Assembly (NCBI RefSeq): GCF_006345805.1
Contig: NC_042999.1
Coordinates: 167,772,001 to 167,836,000, forward strand
DNA: 64,000 bases
Origin: Octopus sinensis
Lineage: Eukaryota
Direction of reading: 5' to 3'
Within the stretch, counting starts at the first letter, position 1. Each line of letters opens with the position of its first letter. A model generated the notes under the pieces. It was not told the origin of the DNA. It did no database searches and worked only from the letters and a program-made list of their open reading frames with translations. The translations under genes and the position numbers were made by a program. Of the stretch, positions 23,051 through 38,394 are shown piece after piece.

Positions 23051-24160
23051 AGGTATTTGGAATTCATAGTGGGAGCCATTTTGAAGCGATGCTAAGGAGA
23101 AAAAGCAGTTGTATTGAAACTTGTAGTAGCCTTTACATTTAAACCCAGTGAAGAATACAACATGCTTATTTGTCTTTTTATTAGAAGACACAAACAAATA
23201 AAAGCTATCTATTATTACTGTGATTTAATCATTTGTTGCTCTTGCTTTCTAGAAATACATTTTATACCACATTCTTTGTCATCAATTAATTATCTCTATC
23301 AATAGTAACAGAGATGGTAACGTTTCGCCTTTTGTACCACAAATGTCTTTTCACTTCTCAACCGTTTTACCAATGTTCTCATGAGGCTTACTATGTAATA
23401 ACTTCATGTTAGACTGAGTAACAACTTTTTCATAAAATGATTAAATTTTTATATTGATGTTATGGATTGTTACAGGAAATATACAAACTAGATTTTCACA
23501 CTTTGAGGTCTTAAGTATGCCTAGTATGTATGAGCAGAAGATTGATTTTCTCTTTGTATTATTATCATGATAAATACTTTAATGATAGTCTTTTTGCATA
23601 AGTTAAATAGTTCTGTTACACAGCTTATTTCCAGTTGTTTTGCCTTTGTAAAGCCCACTGTTTATGATTATAACTTCTTCACTTCTTCCCCTAATTTAAG
23701 GGTTTACTTCTAATTTTAACTCATTCGCTTACATTACATAGCCATACAAAGAGTGTCCTTGCCAGTACTTTCCATAATCAGCTACATGCTCAACTCATAT
23801 GTTGAAATAAAATGCAGAAATTCTGTCACCAAGCAGTCTTAGACTTTGTGTCAATTTCCAAACAGTCCTTCATAACTTTTGAACCAACAAAAAATCTATC
23901 AGTTTTTCATCTGAAGGATAGCATAGTTTATTATTGAATATGTTATGTTAAACTTTCAGTGTAAGGACACTTATTCTGTTATAGATACTTTATAAAACAT
24001 GATCCACAGGCATTTTCTTCCTCTATTATCACATGCATTTAAGCTGTATCTGAAGTTTTCCATTTGCTTTATGGTTTTAAGGTCCACGTTTGACAATTTT
24101 GTTGTTGTTAAATATGTAAAAATCATTTTCCATATTGATCAATCACTTCAAATTATATAT

Positions 24161-24390
24161 ATTTCTTTACTACCCACAAGGGGCTAAACACAGAGGGGAC
24201 AAACAAGGACAGACAAACGGATTAAGTCGATTCCATCGACCCCAGTGCATAACTGGTACTTAATTTATCGACCCCGAAAGGATGAAAGGCAAAGTCGACC
24301 TTGGCGGAATTTGAACTAAGAACGTAACGGCAGATGAAATACAGCTAAGCAGTTCGCCCGGCGTGCTAACGTTTCTGCCAGCTCACCGCC
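24161..24390 (-). mobile_element. Family B SINE
   Basis: Reverse complement of family B; TSD ttcaaattatatat (24147-60 and 24392-405). Confidence 0.9.
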
Positions 24391-25379
24391 TTTCAAATTA
24401 TATATGCTTCAAATTATATATGCATACTATGTTTTGTTAGCTAATATTTTCACAACCTACCATTGAAGATATAGCATTATTTAGTTGTTTCTCTTGAATG
24501 AATGGTTTGTACTCTTGCAATGAGATCTTTTAAATCCCTTTCATTCAATGTGTTGAGATTTATATTAACTAAGCTGAAATCAGTACTTCTTCAGCACAGA
24601 GTCCTTCGTAGAATTCTTTTTGTATTTCTTCATCTACTTTAAAGTCAAACTAAATATATAGGTATCTTTTATTAGTCATACTACATCATAAGCCAAATGT
24701 ATTCTAAGATAACTTCAAGCCACCAAAATTGTGTAAATAAAATTTGGTAGACAGGAACTGTGGAGAAATCTTTTGAATAGACTTTCCCTGTTCTTAAATG
24801 GTAGGCTTAACCCATCAAGTAGTTTAATACCACTACCCAGTTCTTGGTTGTCTTTTATAATTTTATAATTTCCTCTTTTCTTCCAAACTATGTTGAAGGT
24901 TATGGAAAAGACCATTGGTATTACCTTTCCATCTCTTACAAAGCAATAATAAAAATGTTAAGCACTTATATTTACTGGATATGTATTTGTTGCTTAATTC
25001 TCCTGTCTCTCAATAGGCCATACTCCTAAAATGGTGATTATTTTCTGATGCTGCTTTACATTTACCATAGTAGCCTTGTTTATGCAATTGCCTTGTTAAC
25101 ATTTTGATTATGAATATACATCAGCTATAATTATGTTAAGTAATCAACATTAGTGCACATTCTATTTAGTCCTGGTGAGCTGAGACTTTGTTTTCTGGAC
25201 TGGAGCGGTTCTTTTAATTTTAATCGGAGAGCTGTGAACATTCACAGCTTGCAACTTTCTCAAAAATGTTAGGCTTCCTGCCTCCCAAGAGAATATAATG
25301 GAGAAACTACTTCCATGTAACCTGCTTGAGACATTATGACAACTCATAAACCAGTTATGTCTGTGTACACACACACACA

Positions 25380-25414
<35 letters not shown>

Positions 25415-26581
25415 CTATAGCTATCTATATTATATATAAAGAAAAATATCTTACAGAGTGACAGAACAACAAACCTGTTTAATGTGATTCAGGGACGTTT
25501 CTTTACTTTTTCTTTTCCATTATTGAAATTACATATAACTGACAATATCATAATATTCAGCAAGAACACCGCTCTTAGTGGCTGAAGAATTTCCTTTCTT
25601 TCTGTTTAACCAAGTTTGATCAGTTGTTGTTGTTGTTGTTGTGTAATCCCAGAGCAGACCAGATTGAGTTATCCTGTGGTTAGCCAAACAGTAAGACGTG
25701 GCCACCAGATCCACCTTTTCAGTTGTACCATATCAATGTTTGGTTGAGATTCATACTACACACTTCATCATGCAACCATCAGTTGCATATGAAATATAAT
25801 GTGACAGCCTAGACGTACTCTGCTATCTTCACTGTCCAATCGATTTCTGTTTGCAGTTATTTTTCTTCTGCACATATTGTTGGTGGTTTGCATACAGTGT
25901 TTGGGACCTGTGGAGCTATTGATGTTGCTGCTCTTTCTCTATGTGTTCCGTATGTTTTGTCTAGGATGAGTGAGAAACCTTAATTCTGTGTCTTGAAGTT
26001 CTATGCTGTTTTGAAGTGAGGTTTTTTTTTCCTCTTTATTGGTATGAGTGTGTATTGTGGTGAAAAATAGGGAGAAAATCTTAGGAAAGTTGAAAAATTG
26101 CGTGCCAGCTGGTTGTGATTGCTAAATGCAGAGGAGGGGGCAATACCTGAGAGAGAGTTGTTACTCAGCTTGATCAGAAATGTATGCTGATTTTATTGTT
26201 GTTCAAGATGTAAAGAGCATTTTGTTGTGATGCTACTAAATTACTTCTTTCATTACCTGTACTATTTGAAAACCAGGTGTTGAGGTCATTAAAATCTGTT
26301 TTATGTTCAAATCAGCCAGATCCTGTCCCCCCCCCCATGTCAGTCTGAAAATAAAAAATCACATCATTGAAGTCTCGTAGCTACAAAATAGTATATGATT
26401 AAAAAAGAGGAAACCCACACATGACAACATTCCCGGCAACAAACCAGCCAATGGAACGGCAACAGTGTTGGCCAGCGAGCTACCAAAGCATGCGCCAGAG
26501 TGTGCGGCATGTGGAGAGACTATCGCGAGAGAGAGGTGAGGAAGAGCAGTTGTAATAAATAAGCATTACATTTGACAAAGT

Positions 26582-27107
26582 GTGGAAGCACTCCGTCGGT
26601 TCCAACGACAAGGGTTCCGGCTGATCCGATCCACGGAACAGCCTGCTTGTGAAATTAACGTGTAAGTGGCTGAGCACTCCACAGACACACATACCTATTT
26701 CTTTACTACCCACAAGGGGCTGGGATGGAAGCACTCCGTCAGTTCCGACGACGAGGGTTCCGGCTGATCCAATCAACGGAACAGCCTGCTCGGGAAATTA
26801 ACGTGTAAGTGGCTGAGCACTCCACAGACACGTGCACCCTTAACGTAGTCCTCGGGGATATTCAGCGTGACACAGAGAGGGACAAGGCTGGCCCTTTGAA
26901 ACACAGGTACAACAGAAACAGGAAGTAAGAGTGAGAGAAAGTTGTGGTGAAAGAGTACAGCAGGGATCACCACCATCCCTGCCGGAGCCTCGTGGAGCTT
27001 TTAGGTGTTTTCGCTCAATAAACACTCACAATGCCCGGTCTGGGAATCGAAACCGTGATCCTACGACTGCGAGTCCGCTGCCCTAACCCCTGGGCCATTG
27101 CGCCTCC
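26582..27107 (-). mobile_element. Family C tRNA-derived SINE with a duplicated 3' end and an embedded family B tail piece
   Basis: Head ggaggcgcaatggcccaggggttagggcagcggactcgc...ggtttcgattccc; 14-bp TSD acatttgacaaagt (26568-81 and 27108-21). Confidence 0.88.
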
Positions 27108-28099
27108 ACATTTGACAAAGTAATCTGAATGATAAAAGGTTAAAACATTGTAGCTGGGTAGTGCAATCTAGTAGTAGTGAAGTTGGTTAGGTTAGTGGTG
27201 GGATTTAGATATTTATCATATTGACATTCTTCTTGTTACTCATTTTTATTTTGAAAGTGTGTGTTCTTCGTGTGGTGTCATTTCTGATTAGTTTACAAAA
27301 GTCACTTGTAATAAGTATATGTATGTGAAACAACTGGTCTTGTCTTTTTTTAATATAATTTGGAATGCTAGATGTTCTGTTTTCTGGCTGTAAGAACGTT
27401 TGCTAAATTAATGTATATGTGATGATAAAATCTTTTGGTTCCATAAAGGTAATTTTAATATTGTTAATGTTGTATTTGTTAGATTTTGTGTGTTTACAAC
27501 ATTTTTAAATGCATTATATGCTGATTTGTAATATTGGAAAGAGTGATAACAACGGTACTTCTTTCTTTTTCATAGTTGGTATTGCTGACACAGCTATTTT
27601 TTCCACCCCTGTAAAGTTGTTTTTTTTTTTTTTTGGAGTATATGTAAATGTTATTTGGTTGTGTTTGTGTAACTGTTTTGTAGACTTCATAAGATACTTA
27701 CCTTTATACATGTTTTACAACCTACATCATACTGGTTCATAGCTGCTGTTACTCTCAGATGATGTTCACACATGCTGTGCTAAATATTTCTGTATGTTAA
27801 GAACATATTTGTTAACCAGCCTTCTAGTTGAGACCATTCTCTCTCTCTCTCTCTCTCTTTTTTAATGCCATGTTATATTAAATATTAGTTTATCTTGCAG
27901 ATTTAATTGTTTTTAAGATGATGTAGTAGTATTTGAAGAAGATCTGGCAGCAATTTTTTGCAGGTCAAGCTATTCCATAGAGACTTCTTGCTCTCCTGAA
28001 TCTTCAGCTATATAGCCATTCAGTGTCTCTCTCTTAAGATTCTCTACTTTGTGGATGTGAGATAAGTCTGTGGAAGAAAAATTTCTAAATTCATTGCAT

Positions 28100-28470
28100 T
28101 TTATCATTTATTTGTTTCAGTCATTGGACTGCAGCCATGCTAAGGCACCACTTTCAAAGGTTTAGTCAAATAAATCAACCCCAGTACTCATTTTTAAGTC
28201 TAGTATTTATTCTGTTGATCTGTTTTGCCAAACTGTCAAGTCAAAGGGACATAAACAAGCCAATTCCAGTTGTCATGTAGTGGTGGTAGACAAGCACAAA
28301 AATACACACACGCACACACACATGTATGTATATATACACATTTGACTTCTTTCAGATTCCATCTACCAAACCACTCTCAGGGCTTTGATCAGCCTGGGGC
28401 TATAGTAGAAGACACTTGCCCAAAGTGCCATGCAGTGGGACTGAACTCAGAACCATGTGGCTGAGAAGCA
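28100..28470 (-). mobile_element. Family A SINE, diverged
   Basis: Reverse-complement tail and partial head. Confidence 0.75.
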
Positions 28471-29702
28471 ACTATGAGTTGAGAGAGAAAAACCAACTGA
28501 GAAACGGATGTAGTTTATACAAGTGTTACACTGAGTAATAAATTCTATTAGACCAAATATTCAAACTTAAGTATAAAAAGAAAATTCATTTTTATTTTGT
28601 TTGTTACCAGTTCTTTTTAGTTTTTTTTTTTGTAGTGGTGGGGAGTATTGTCAAATAAGTCTCCAAAATTTATATTTTATCTTCTATGTTAGGAACATGT
28701 AATTTAATTTGTAGTGTCTCTCTCTACAGTGATTTTGGTGTTGTTTCAGCTAGAGTGACGGAAGTAAATAGAATAATGTGATTTACTGTCTAAAACCATC
28801 TGTCATTATTTCAACTCCTTTGCAGGTTTCAAGACCATTTAATTAAGAATTTTCCTGCACATCATTCAGTGTGTCACCACCACTCACATTTGATTTTTCA
28901 AAATCAGAGTTCATTTTGTAAAATGACTTTAGATGTGACCTCAGAGATATGAAATTGAAATGACTGTGTTCCATTGTAAATATTTAATTCTTTTGTAAAC
29001 ACTTATGTGGAGATTTCTTTTTAAGTCTTCTGTAACCACAGAAGGAAAATTGCATTTTGCTTTTTTACTAATCTATAGAAAGTTGTTTTAACTCTTTAGA
29101 ATTCAAACCGGCCAGCTCTGGTCTAAATAGTCTATATGTTTTATATTCAAACCAGCCAGATCTAGCCTAAATATTCTATGTGTTTATGTTTAAACCAGTC
29201 AGATCCTGCCTTTCACACCTACCCTACAATGTCTTTCAAAAATTAAGCAATCATGTTATGAAAATCTGAAAGCTTACAAGATAAGGCATGATTGATTCAA
29301 AACAATGTGAATGAATAAGCATTGCATTTGACAGAGGAATCTGAATGCTAAAAGGTTAAAGTGACGACTGTTTTTCTTCTGCAAAGGTCACTTCTTGCTT
29401 TAAAATTCATGTAAACTCAACAAAACTGCAAAGTCACATCTCTCAATTCCCTACTTTCATTATATTTCTCATCACAATTGTATTGTAATGGTCATGAAAA
29501 TACAGCTTTCAGCTGTATGAATGGGATAGTTTTACAACTGGTAATTCCTCCGACTACTAACCACTGAACCATGAATTACAAGTGGAAGCTGTTTTTGCTA
29601 GTTAAACAAGGTAAACACAGTTAAGTGTCTTGCTTAGATGCAAAACACAGTGGAGATATGTAATCAGAATTTTGCCTTATAGCAAGTGTGCTCTCATAAT
29701 AT

Positions 29703-30772
<1,070 letters not shown>

Positions 30773-31357
30773 CTTACATCATTCTAGGTACTTAATTTCC
30801 CCTTCCCCTTCCTTTACATCATTGACCTTCTGCTCAGCTGGCCAGCTGATCCACCACAGGTATCCAGTAAGTTTGGGGATTATAAATTAATTGATAAGAT
30901 TTGGATGTTTTTGATCTCACACACCAGATCCAATTTAAAAAAAAAAAAAATTCTGTACTTACATAGTTTTACAAGCTAATTTTGAAAATCATAACCTTTT
31001 CATTTTTATTTTTTTATATTTTCTAATTTAATGAAAGTACAAGATTTTTACGATTTTTTGGAATTTCAGCCATTTATGACGCAGCAGAAGTCAGAATTGC
31101 TGTAGATTCCCATAAGAACATGTTGAATCAGCATGAACAAACATTAAAATGAAACAAATTTAAATCAGCTTGGTGAAGCAAGAAATTGAAAACCATCATG
31201 AAGAACCAGCTGGAGAATTTGAGAAATCTATGGGGACACTATGAAAACTGAGGGTCATGCAGAAATATACAAGGAGTAGGTTTTGTTGGTGAAAATACCA
31301 AATGAAGATAATAACTACATGAGGGAACTGTATACTGAGGACCCACTTTGTAAGCTG

Positions 31358-31690
31358 ATGCAGATAGGTGGCCCTAGAAGGAGCATTGGGATAGACATAT
31401 GATGTACCCCAGACAGAAATACACCTGAAGAACAACCTTAGCAGATCATTGGGTTCTTAGTGGTGTGTGTTGCGAGACTTTGCTGGTGCTTCTGTATGCA
31501 GTACTATGTTGCAACTGTGATAAAACTGAGGAATGCATGTGGGAGTCAATTATGCCACAGTCCACTGTATTCAGTTACTTGTGCGGCAATCTTATTTCCA
31601 CAGATGCCAGGCTATGCCTTTCAGAATGGAATAGTGAATCACAGCATCAAATTTGTCAATGCAGAAGATGGCACCCTCAGAACAAGTTGA
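31358..31690 (+). pseudogene. Second, highly decayed Merlin transposase fragment
   Basis: Translation across frameshifts gives MQIGGPRRSIGID..RQKYT*R..HWVLSGVCCET..LYAV..SIMPQSTVFS..IVNHSIKFVNAEDGT, matching the ISXO2 motif order. Confidence 0.7.
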
Positions 31691-33941
31691 AAGTACTTGG
31701 AACAGCCTGTAAAATAAATGGTAGTTTGGTACTCATACCTATATAGGTCAATACCAATACAACCCAAGAGGTCGCTGTGGTTGTTTGACCTGCTAGTAAT
31801 AGCCTAATCTCCTTCACATCACAATTGCCTTAGAAAAGAGGGATGCTTTGACTAATGTAATCTCTGATATACAAAAATATGGGCTGTTCATGACTTGAAT
31901 GACTTTGATTATAGATCTGCTTGATCAGAGCTGACCAGGGGCTAAACAGCAATAACTTCTCACATAAAATAACAGACCTGTAAATTGTGCTAAGTTGTTC
32001 AACCAACTACCTGCATGCTATACCAGGCTCCTCCTTGATCACAGCTGACCTAGGGCCATAAACTACTCACTCGTAAATCTTTACATGATATAACATAAAC
32101 AATAAGACCATTTTGACATATGTATATCATAATTTGTATCTCTTGAATTATATTCTAAATGTAATCAAATTATTAGCACCATGCAATATAAAATGGCTTC
32201 TTTCGTTTGCCATTTCTGGTTCATATATTCTACCTACCACAATAGTTCCTTTTGGTAGTCATTAAAATATCTGGCAATATTAAACAAATCTTCCTTGTAG
32301 CGAGTATACATATACCACTTCCTGCCAATTAGTTACCAAAACAATAAGTTGCCATCTTACTATTAACATTTGCTTTTTATTCTCTAATTCTTGGCGAGAT
32401 ATTGCGTAATTCTTCTAAAATCTTTTGCCATTTTCAAGAGAGAATTTTATATATTAACTCATCTTATATGTAAACATCATATCTCTGCTTCTTGCACCTA
32501 CAATGCTGACATTCTGATGTTCAGCTTATGGTTCATGCATTAGCCTTGCATGTTTGCAGTTTTAAACTCCTAAAGAAAGATGTGTTAGCTGTTTGACATC
32601 TAACAGTGTCTGACATTCATCACCACAGCAAGCATGCACAATCAAGAACAAATAGTGCAGCTTTTGTTTATGCAGCTGATATGACTATTTTCACTGAACT
32701 TTGGAAAAGTTTTTGTTAGTACAAGTGTTGCTCTGCTCATCCTCCTATTCTTCTTTTTCTTTTTTTCTCTTTTTCAGCTTTTTTTTCTACATCTTCACCT
32801 TCCTTATTACTCCATTATTTATTTATTTATTTTTGCTTCTTTTACATTTTTTGTTATCTCTTCATTAAATTGTTATTGCTGGTTTTTTATTACTTCTAAT
32901 GTTCTCGTCAGACATTAATTGTGTTGGATCCAACTTAGAAAATAGATAGGTAAATTAACAAGTATAACTTCTTCCCTCCTCCTCTACAAATCTCCTTAGT
33001 TATTTTTGAAATATTCATTCTTTTGACTCAGCCTTCTTAAATTGTTCACCGAGTGGGTTTTTATTCTCTTTTCTGTAGGTTCTGCTATTATTAAATCCTC
33101 GATATTGAATCATCTATTACCTTACCAACCACCCTTTGATCTTCATTATGTATCCATACATTTCCACTTTCTTACCTACAACACTTGAGGCCTCTAATTT
33201 CTAAATACAGTTCCAGTTTGATCTGACAATGAAACTTATGTTACACAAGCCAGCCCACAACTTGTTCTTCTTACTCTGTTCCCTGTAGATATTACAGGTC
33301 CTCTGCTTTCCAGTTATCTGTTTGTAATATCAGATCAATGATGTCTGTCATTCATACTAAAAATGGTTTTCAGTAAATAACCTGTCCAATTCTTCAAGTT
33401 ATTAACATCATTGCATTTGACCTCGAGGATTTTAAGTCTATGAGTGTTCATCACATGCAAGCCACGATCATAGAATGTATCTCACTGAGGCATTTTGAAT
33501 ACGTCAAATCAGAATTTCCAACCTCAACAGTTTCTATGCAGTCCGTCAAATTCTGTTTTAAAAACAGAACAATACTTAGGCCAATGTAATCCTTGATTTA
33601 CAAATATGTGGGATGATTATTCCTGAAATACCATTGATCTTGTGTCCTTTCAACCAAAGTTTAATCAGAGGTTAAACAACAGTAAGATTAACATCACTTT
33701 CGCACACCTGACAAAATCCCCATCAATACAATAACGAAAAGTTTCACCTGTCTTAGGATGGAGCTTCAGCCAAAGATATTTTTGTTTTTCTTTTGTCAGC
33801 CTAACAGTATTATTTTCACTAATCATGTATCATTAATTCATATTATGATATATCAGTGTCTATTCAGTTACCTGCATATATTAGCCAGTATATTTAATAC
33901 CTAGTTTATGACACCTGAGCTCAGTCTTTGTTGTGAGTTAA

Positions 33942-34162
33942 CCCTTTTGTTACCGTATTTATTTTGAGATGCTCTGTGTTTCTTTCAATTAATTTGAAAT
34001 ATAACAAAGAATTTAGTAAAATAACTTGGTTATCATTCGGTTAGAGTTAGGAAAATAACTTGTGACTAAGGTTGGGTGGAAGATTTTAATTCAAAACTTA
34101 TGAAAACAAGACATTTGTACTCAGAACCAGAGGCAGTTTCAGCCGGGTTGGTAATGAAAGGG
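33942..34162. mobile_element. piggyBac-type MITE (family P1), opposite orientation to 2234-2453
   Basis: TTAA|CCC...GGG|TTAA; sequence match to 2234-2453. Confidence 0.8.
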
Positions 34163-34346
34163 TTAAAATTGCAACACATCCAGATCATAAATTCTTCCTC
34201 TCCTTCCGTTCACTCTTTCTGAATTTACTGTTCACACTTCAACTGATATATATCTTGTAACAACTCTTACTTTACCGTTTGATTTTTAGAAGTTGCTTTC
34301 TCTGTTGCTAAAACCCAAAAACAAATGTATTTACTATGGAATCTAT

Positions 34347-34773
34347 TATTGGTTGGCACCCTTTTTGTCTCGGGAGACAATGGAGTTGCGCATAAAGTAG
34401 TCTAGTCCGGCTTTTACATTTCATGTCCTGATACACTTCCTGCTGTGGCTGTGTAGTCCTATCCTGGACAAACACTCCCTCTGGCAGGTACCGCAAATGT
34501 AGCGAAGACTGTTCCTGGCTGGTTGTAATGCCATAGTTTCTTGTTGACGTCTTTTCTTGTCTTTCCATTTCTCCTCTCTCTCTCTGTCACTCCTTTGTAT
34601 TCCCTCTCTTACGGTACGTCGCCAGTCTCCACGGTTGCCGGCAACTGCCTCCCAACTGCTAATACTGATGTTGCAGGCCTTCATGTCCCTTTTGCAAACA
34701 TCCTTGTAACATAAGAGCGGTCTACCCACAGACCTAGTACCCCTAGCAAGCTCTCCGTAGAGTATGTCCTTGG
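34347..34773 (-). mobile_element. RTE-clade LINE 3' fragment
   Basis: PKDILYGELARGTRSVGRPLLCYKDVCKRDMK...W...CGTCQRECLSRIGLHSHSRKC is a typical RTE ORF C-terminus with a C2H2-like finger; possible TSD ggaat(c/g)tat. Confidence 0.85.
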
Positions 34774-35507
34774 GGAATGTATCAATTGTAGACACATATA
34801 AGGTGAAACAGCAATTGTTAAAGGTAGTGTGTGTTACAGAGAAAAAAAGTGAAAGCAACTGTTTATCTAAATGAAATGAAAGCTGGATTTGTGTCTACTA
34901 AACTAAAGTTTCCAGCATTACTTTTGCATGACCTATTATAATATCTTGTATGGTTAGTAGTAGTCACTTCCAGTTACTTACTCTGTTTCCTAACCTCTTA
35001 AAAAGACTTCTTTACTGATCCTAAACTAATTGTAGGTCATTCATTCTGTTTAAAGCATGATTCTTGACTAATACTTTGCACAGCTAATAATAATATGTAT
35101 ATATAGTGACCTAAAATTATTAACACACCTGTGAGAACTATGTTGTATTGTTTGAAAAGGCCATTCAGCAAATAGAGTATTCCAGATAGACAAGAAACCA
35201 CTCCTTTATGTAACATACACCTGATTTATAGAAATGAAGCAAACCTGTTCTTATTTATGAATTAACAATTTTAACTGAAATATTTTATAGTTTTCTTTTT
35301 TCTTTTTTTTACTGAGTGGAAAGTAAAAAAAAAAAATTTTATCGATAAGACCCTACTAGACTACTCAACTAGAAAAGCCACCAGTGGAGTTAGCTGGTAT
35401 GTAATGCCAAGCAAAAGTAGTGACTATGTATATAGTTATGTACATATAGTTTATATATAAATATATATATATATATATATAGATAGATTTACATAGTTTT
35501 ATATAAT

Positions 35508-35543
<36 letters not shown>

Positions 35544-36262
35544 TTATGAGTATATTACCCATGCCAGTATGGAAACCAGACATTAAATGATGATGATATA
35601 TGTATGTATATATATTGTGTGTGTGTGTATATATATATATATAGTTTACAGATATGAATGGAAAAAATATATATAAACTTAATGTGCTTTAAGGAGGGTC
35701 TGTCAATTTTAGTAGTACCTGTTCTTTGTAGAAGGGATGATATAATAGATTGCTTTGTCAAGGTATATTATGTATATTAATATAATGTATATTTACATGC
35801 TATTTTAATTACTTAAGAAATATTTTATTGGCTCACAAAATTGGCCACATTTAATTGTGAATAGAGTCTACTTTAAAACAGTCATATGTAACTTTTGCAT
35901 GTCTTCTCACCACCTCCATTTAACTTGGAGCTGCCAAAAATTCCAAGTTTTTAATACTTAATTGCATATATAAAAATGACAGTTTCTTTAATTAAAAGTA
36001 AGGGTTTTAATAAACGTGTCATTCAGGTAAGAATTCTAATAACTGTTTAATGCTGGTGTGATTGGACAGGTTTTATGAGGTAGTCTCTTACACCAGGATG
36101 CTCTTCCTGTCCATACTGTTTTTAGTTACCTTTTATAACACATAAGGATATCCAATAGCTCTTTGCTTTCAAAGACAAGTGGAAAGAAAACTCCTTTTCT
36201 TGCAAAACAGGTAAAGATTAATGACAGGAAGTAAACAAGCTACTTACCACACAGCTACTCCT

Positions 36263-36294
<32 letters not shown>

Positions 36295-36298
<4 letters not shown>

Positions 36299-36688
36299 AG
36301 GAGTGGCTGTGTGGTAAGTAGCTTGTTTACCAACCACATGGTTCCGGGTTCAGTCCCACTGCGTGGCATATTGGGCAAGTGTCTTCTACTATAGCCTCGG
36401 GCCGACCAATGCCTTGTGGGTGGATTTGGTAGACGGAAACTGAAAGAAGCCCATTGTATATATATATATATGTGTGTGCGTGTATGTTTGTATGTCTGTG
36501 TTTGTCCCCCTAGCATCGCTTGACAACCGATGCTGGTGTGTTTATGTTCCCGTCACTTAGCGGTTCGGCAGAAGAGACCAATAGAATAAGTACTGGGCTT
36601 ACAAATAATAAGTCCCGGGGTCGAGTTGCTCGATTAAAGGCGGTGCTCCAGCATGGCCACAGTCAAATGACAGAAACAAGTAAAAGAG
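36295..36688 (+). mobile_element. Family A SINE, preceded by an inverted 30-bp head copy (36237-36266)
   Basis: Full consensus match; inverted head across (AT)n. Confidence 0.9.
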
Positions 36689-36874
36689 TATATGTATATA
36701 TATATATATATACTCATCTAATTCATGCTAGTGGCATCCAGCTGTACCAAAACAGACACTGAAACCTGGTGCAGTCTTCTGCCTAGCCAGCTCCTGTCAA
36801 ACCAGCCAACCCATGCCAGCATGGAAAGCAGACACTAAATGATGATGATGATATATATATATATATATCTTTTA

Positions 36875-37445
36875 CTAGTGTTAGCTAGAGGCTGAGGCTA
36901 TTGTGACTGGGTCTCTTTTCTGTATCGTTTCTGGTCAAGTAGCTAGATGGAGATGCTCTTCCTTGTGCCTCCAGCCATAACGTGGGTTCATTTGGTATCT
37001 TAGATAAAAATTTGTCCAGACGTTCTTTGAATACCTCTAACATCTACAGCTTGCAAATCTCTGAGTTTGTTTAGCAGAATGTTGAATAGCTGTGGACCCT
37101 GAAACTCAATCTGTTACAGTACTTGGCCCACATCTAGACGGACAAGATGAGATCTTTGGTACTCAGCAGTGCCTTTCCATTCAGTGATTGGTACAACTTT
37201 CAGTGACAAAGTTGGGAGCTAGCTCTTCCAGGATCTTCCATATCCATCACTGCATATCTTTCACGCCTTCTCTCTAGGGAGTAGAGCTTCAGTTTCTTTA
37301 GCCTCTCACAGTAGCTTGTCTGTTGCACTGAGTCAGTTTTCTTTGCGTAGTAGTACTGGACTGCCTCAAGTTCTGCCATCAGTTTGTTGCTCTGTGGTAA
37401 CCACAGTTGGAAGTAGTAATCCAGATAACTGAGAATGAAAACTTT
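36875..37445 (-). mobile_element. Decayed CR1/L2-group LINE 3' fragment
   Basis: ILSYLDYYFQLW.P....ELEAVQ....K......SYCERLKKLKLYSLERRRERY matches the post-RT region of CR1-group LINEs. Confidence 0.75.
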
Positions 37446-37717
37446 TGAGATATTCTGTCTATATCCAATGTGTCCTGTCCTTTCCCAAGATGTTAGGATC
37501 GAAATTGATTGAACTGCTATTTCTAGCAAGTTGAACAAAAAAACATAGAAACTTTTGCATTGGTTTGCGATGTTCTCAATGTTTTTAGCAATGGTTGCTT
37601 TGGTGTGTGATGTACTTCTTAATACAAATAAAAAGCCTTTAGTATGGGCGGTCTCAAGTAGTTTCAAGTTAGAAAGGTTACTAGTAAATGTCAACATACC
37701 CATTTAAACGAGATATT

Positions 37718-37749
<32 letters not shown>

Positions 37750-38394
37750 TTACTTGATATATATGCTGCTTGCCCAGTTTTGTTTATACAAAGGAGCGAG
37801 AGAAAGAACATAAAAAGAAAAGAAGCCCTCCCCCTCTTTCATTGATCAATCCTGGAAACTATTACATATATCTCTAACCAGTTATACCACTTATTTGCAT
37901 TTAAATAATGTAGCAACATCAGCAGTCAGGTTTTCATTAAGAAATACATATATATTATTACTATTATAGTGAATATACTGATTTTAGTTAACACTATATC
38001 TAATGTAGACTCTTTGTCTTCAAGTAAAAAATATTTTTTTGTTTGAATTTCAAGTAGGAAGGGTGGTACTTATGACCCCTTTAAGGGTTTTTTAGACTGG
38101 TGAAGGGAAGAAGTTATCCTCAGAATAGAGGTCTGGCCCATCACAAAATGGTTTCCACTAAAATCACCCAAGGACCAGATAGTGATATTAACCCTTTGCC
38201 TACCCAAAACTTTTTCATAAATTTGTCCTAAACGTCTATGCTTGTTTTCAGACATTTAGCCCTTGTTTCATGTTCTGAGTAATATAAAGCTTTCCTTCCA
38301 TAAGTCCCAAGTTACTCTGATGGTTGAAAAAAACTGAGAATCCATATTGTATATGACTCATGGACACCTAGGAAATATATCTTGTGTATCACAT

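Noticed and set aside
33280-33400. VDITGPL..YLFVI resemblance to an LTR integrase
   Set aside because: Too short and degenerate to support without a search.
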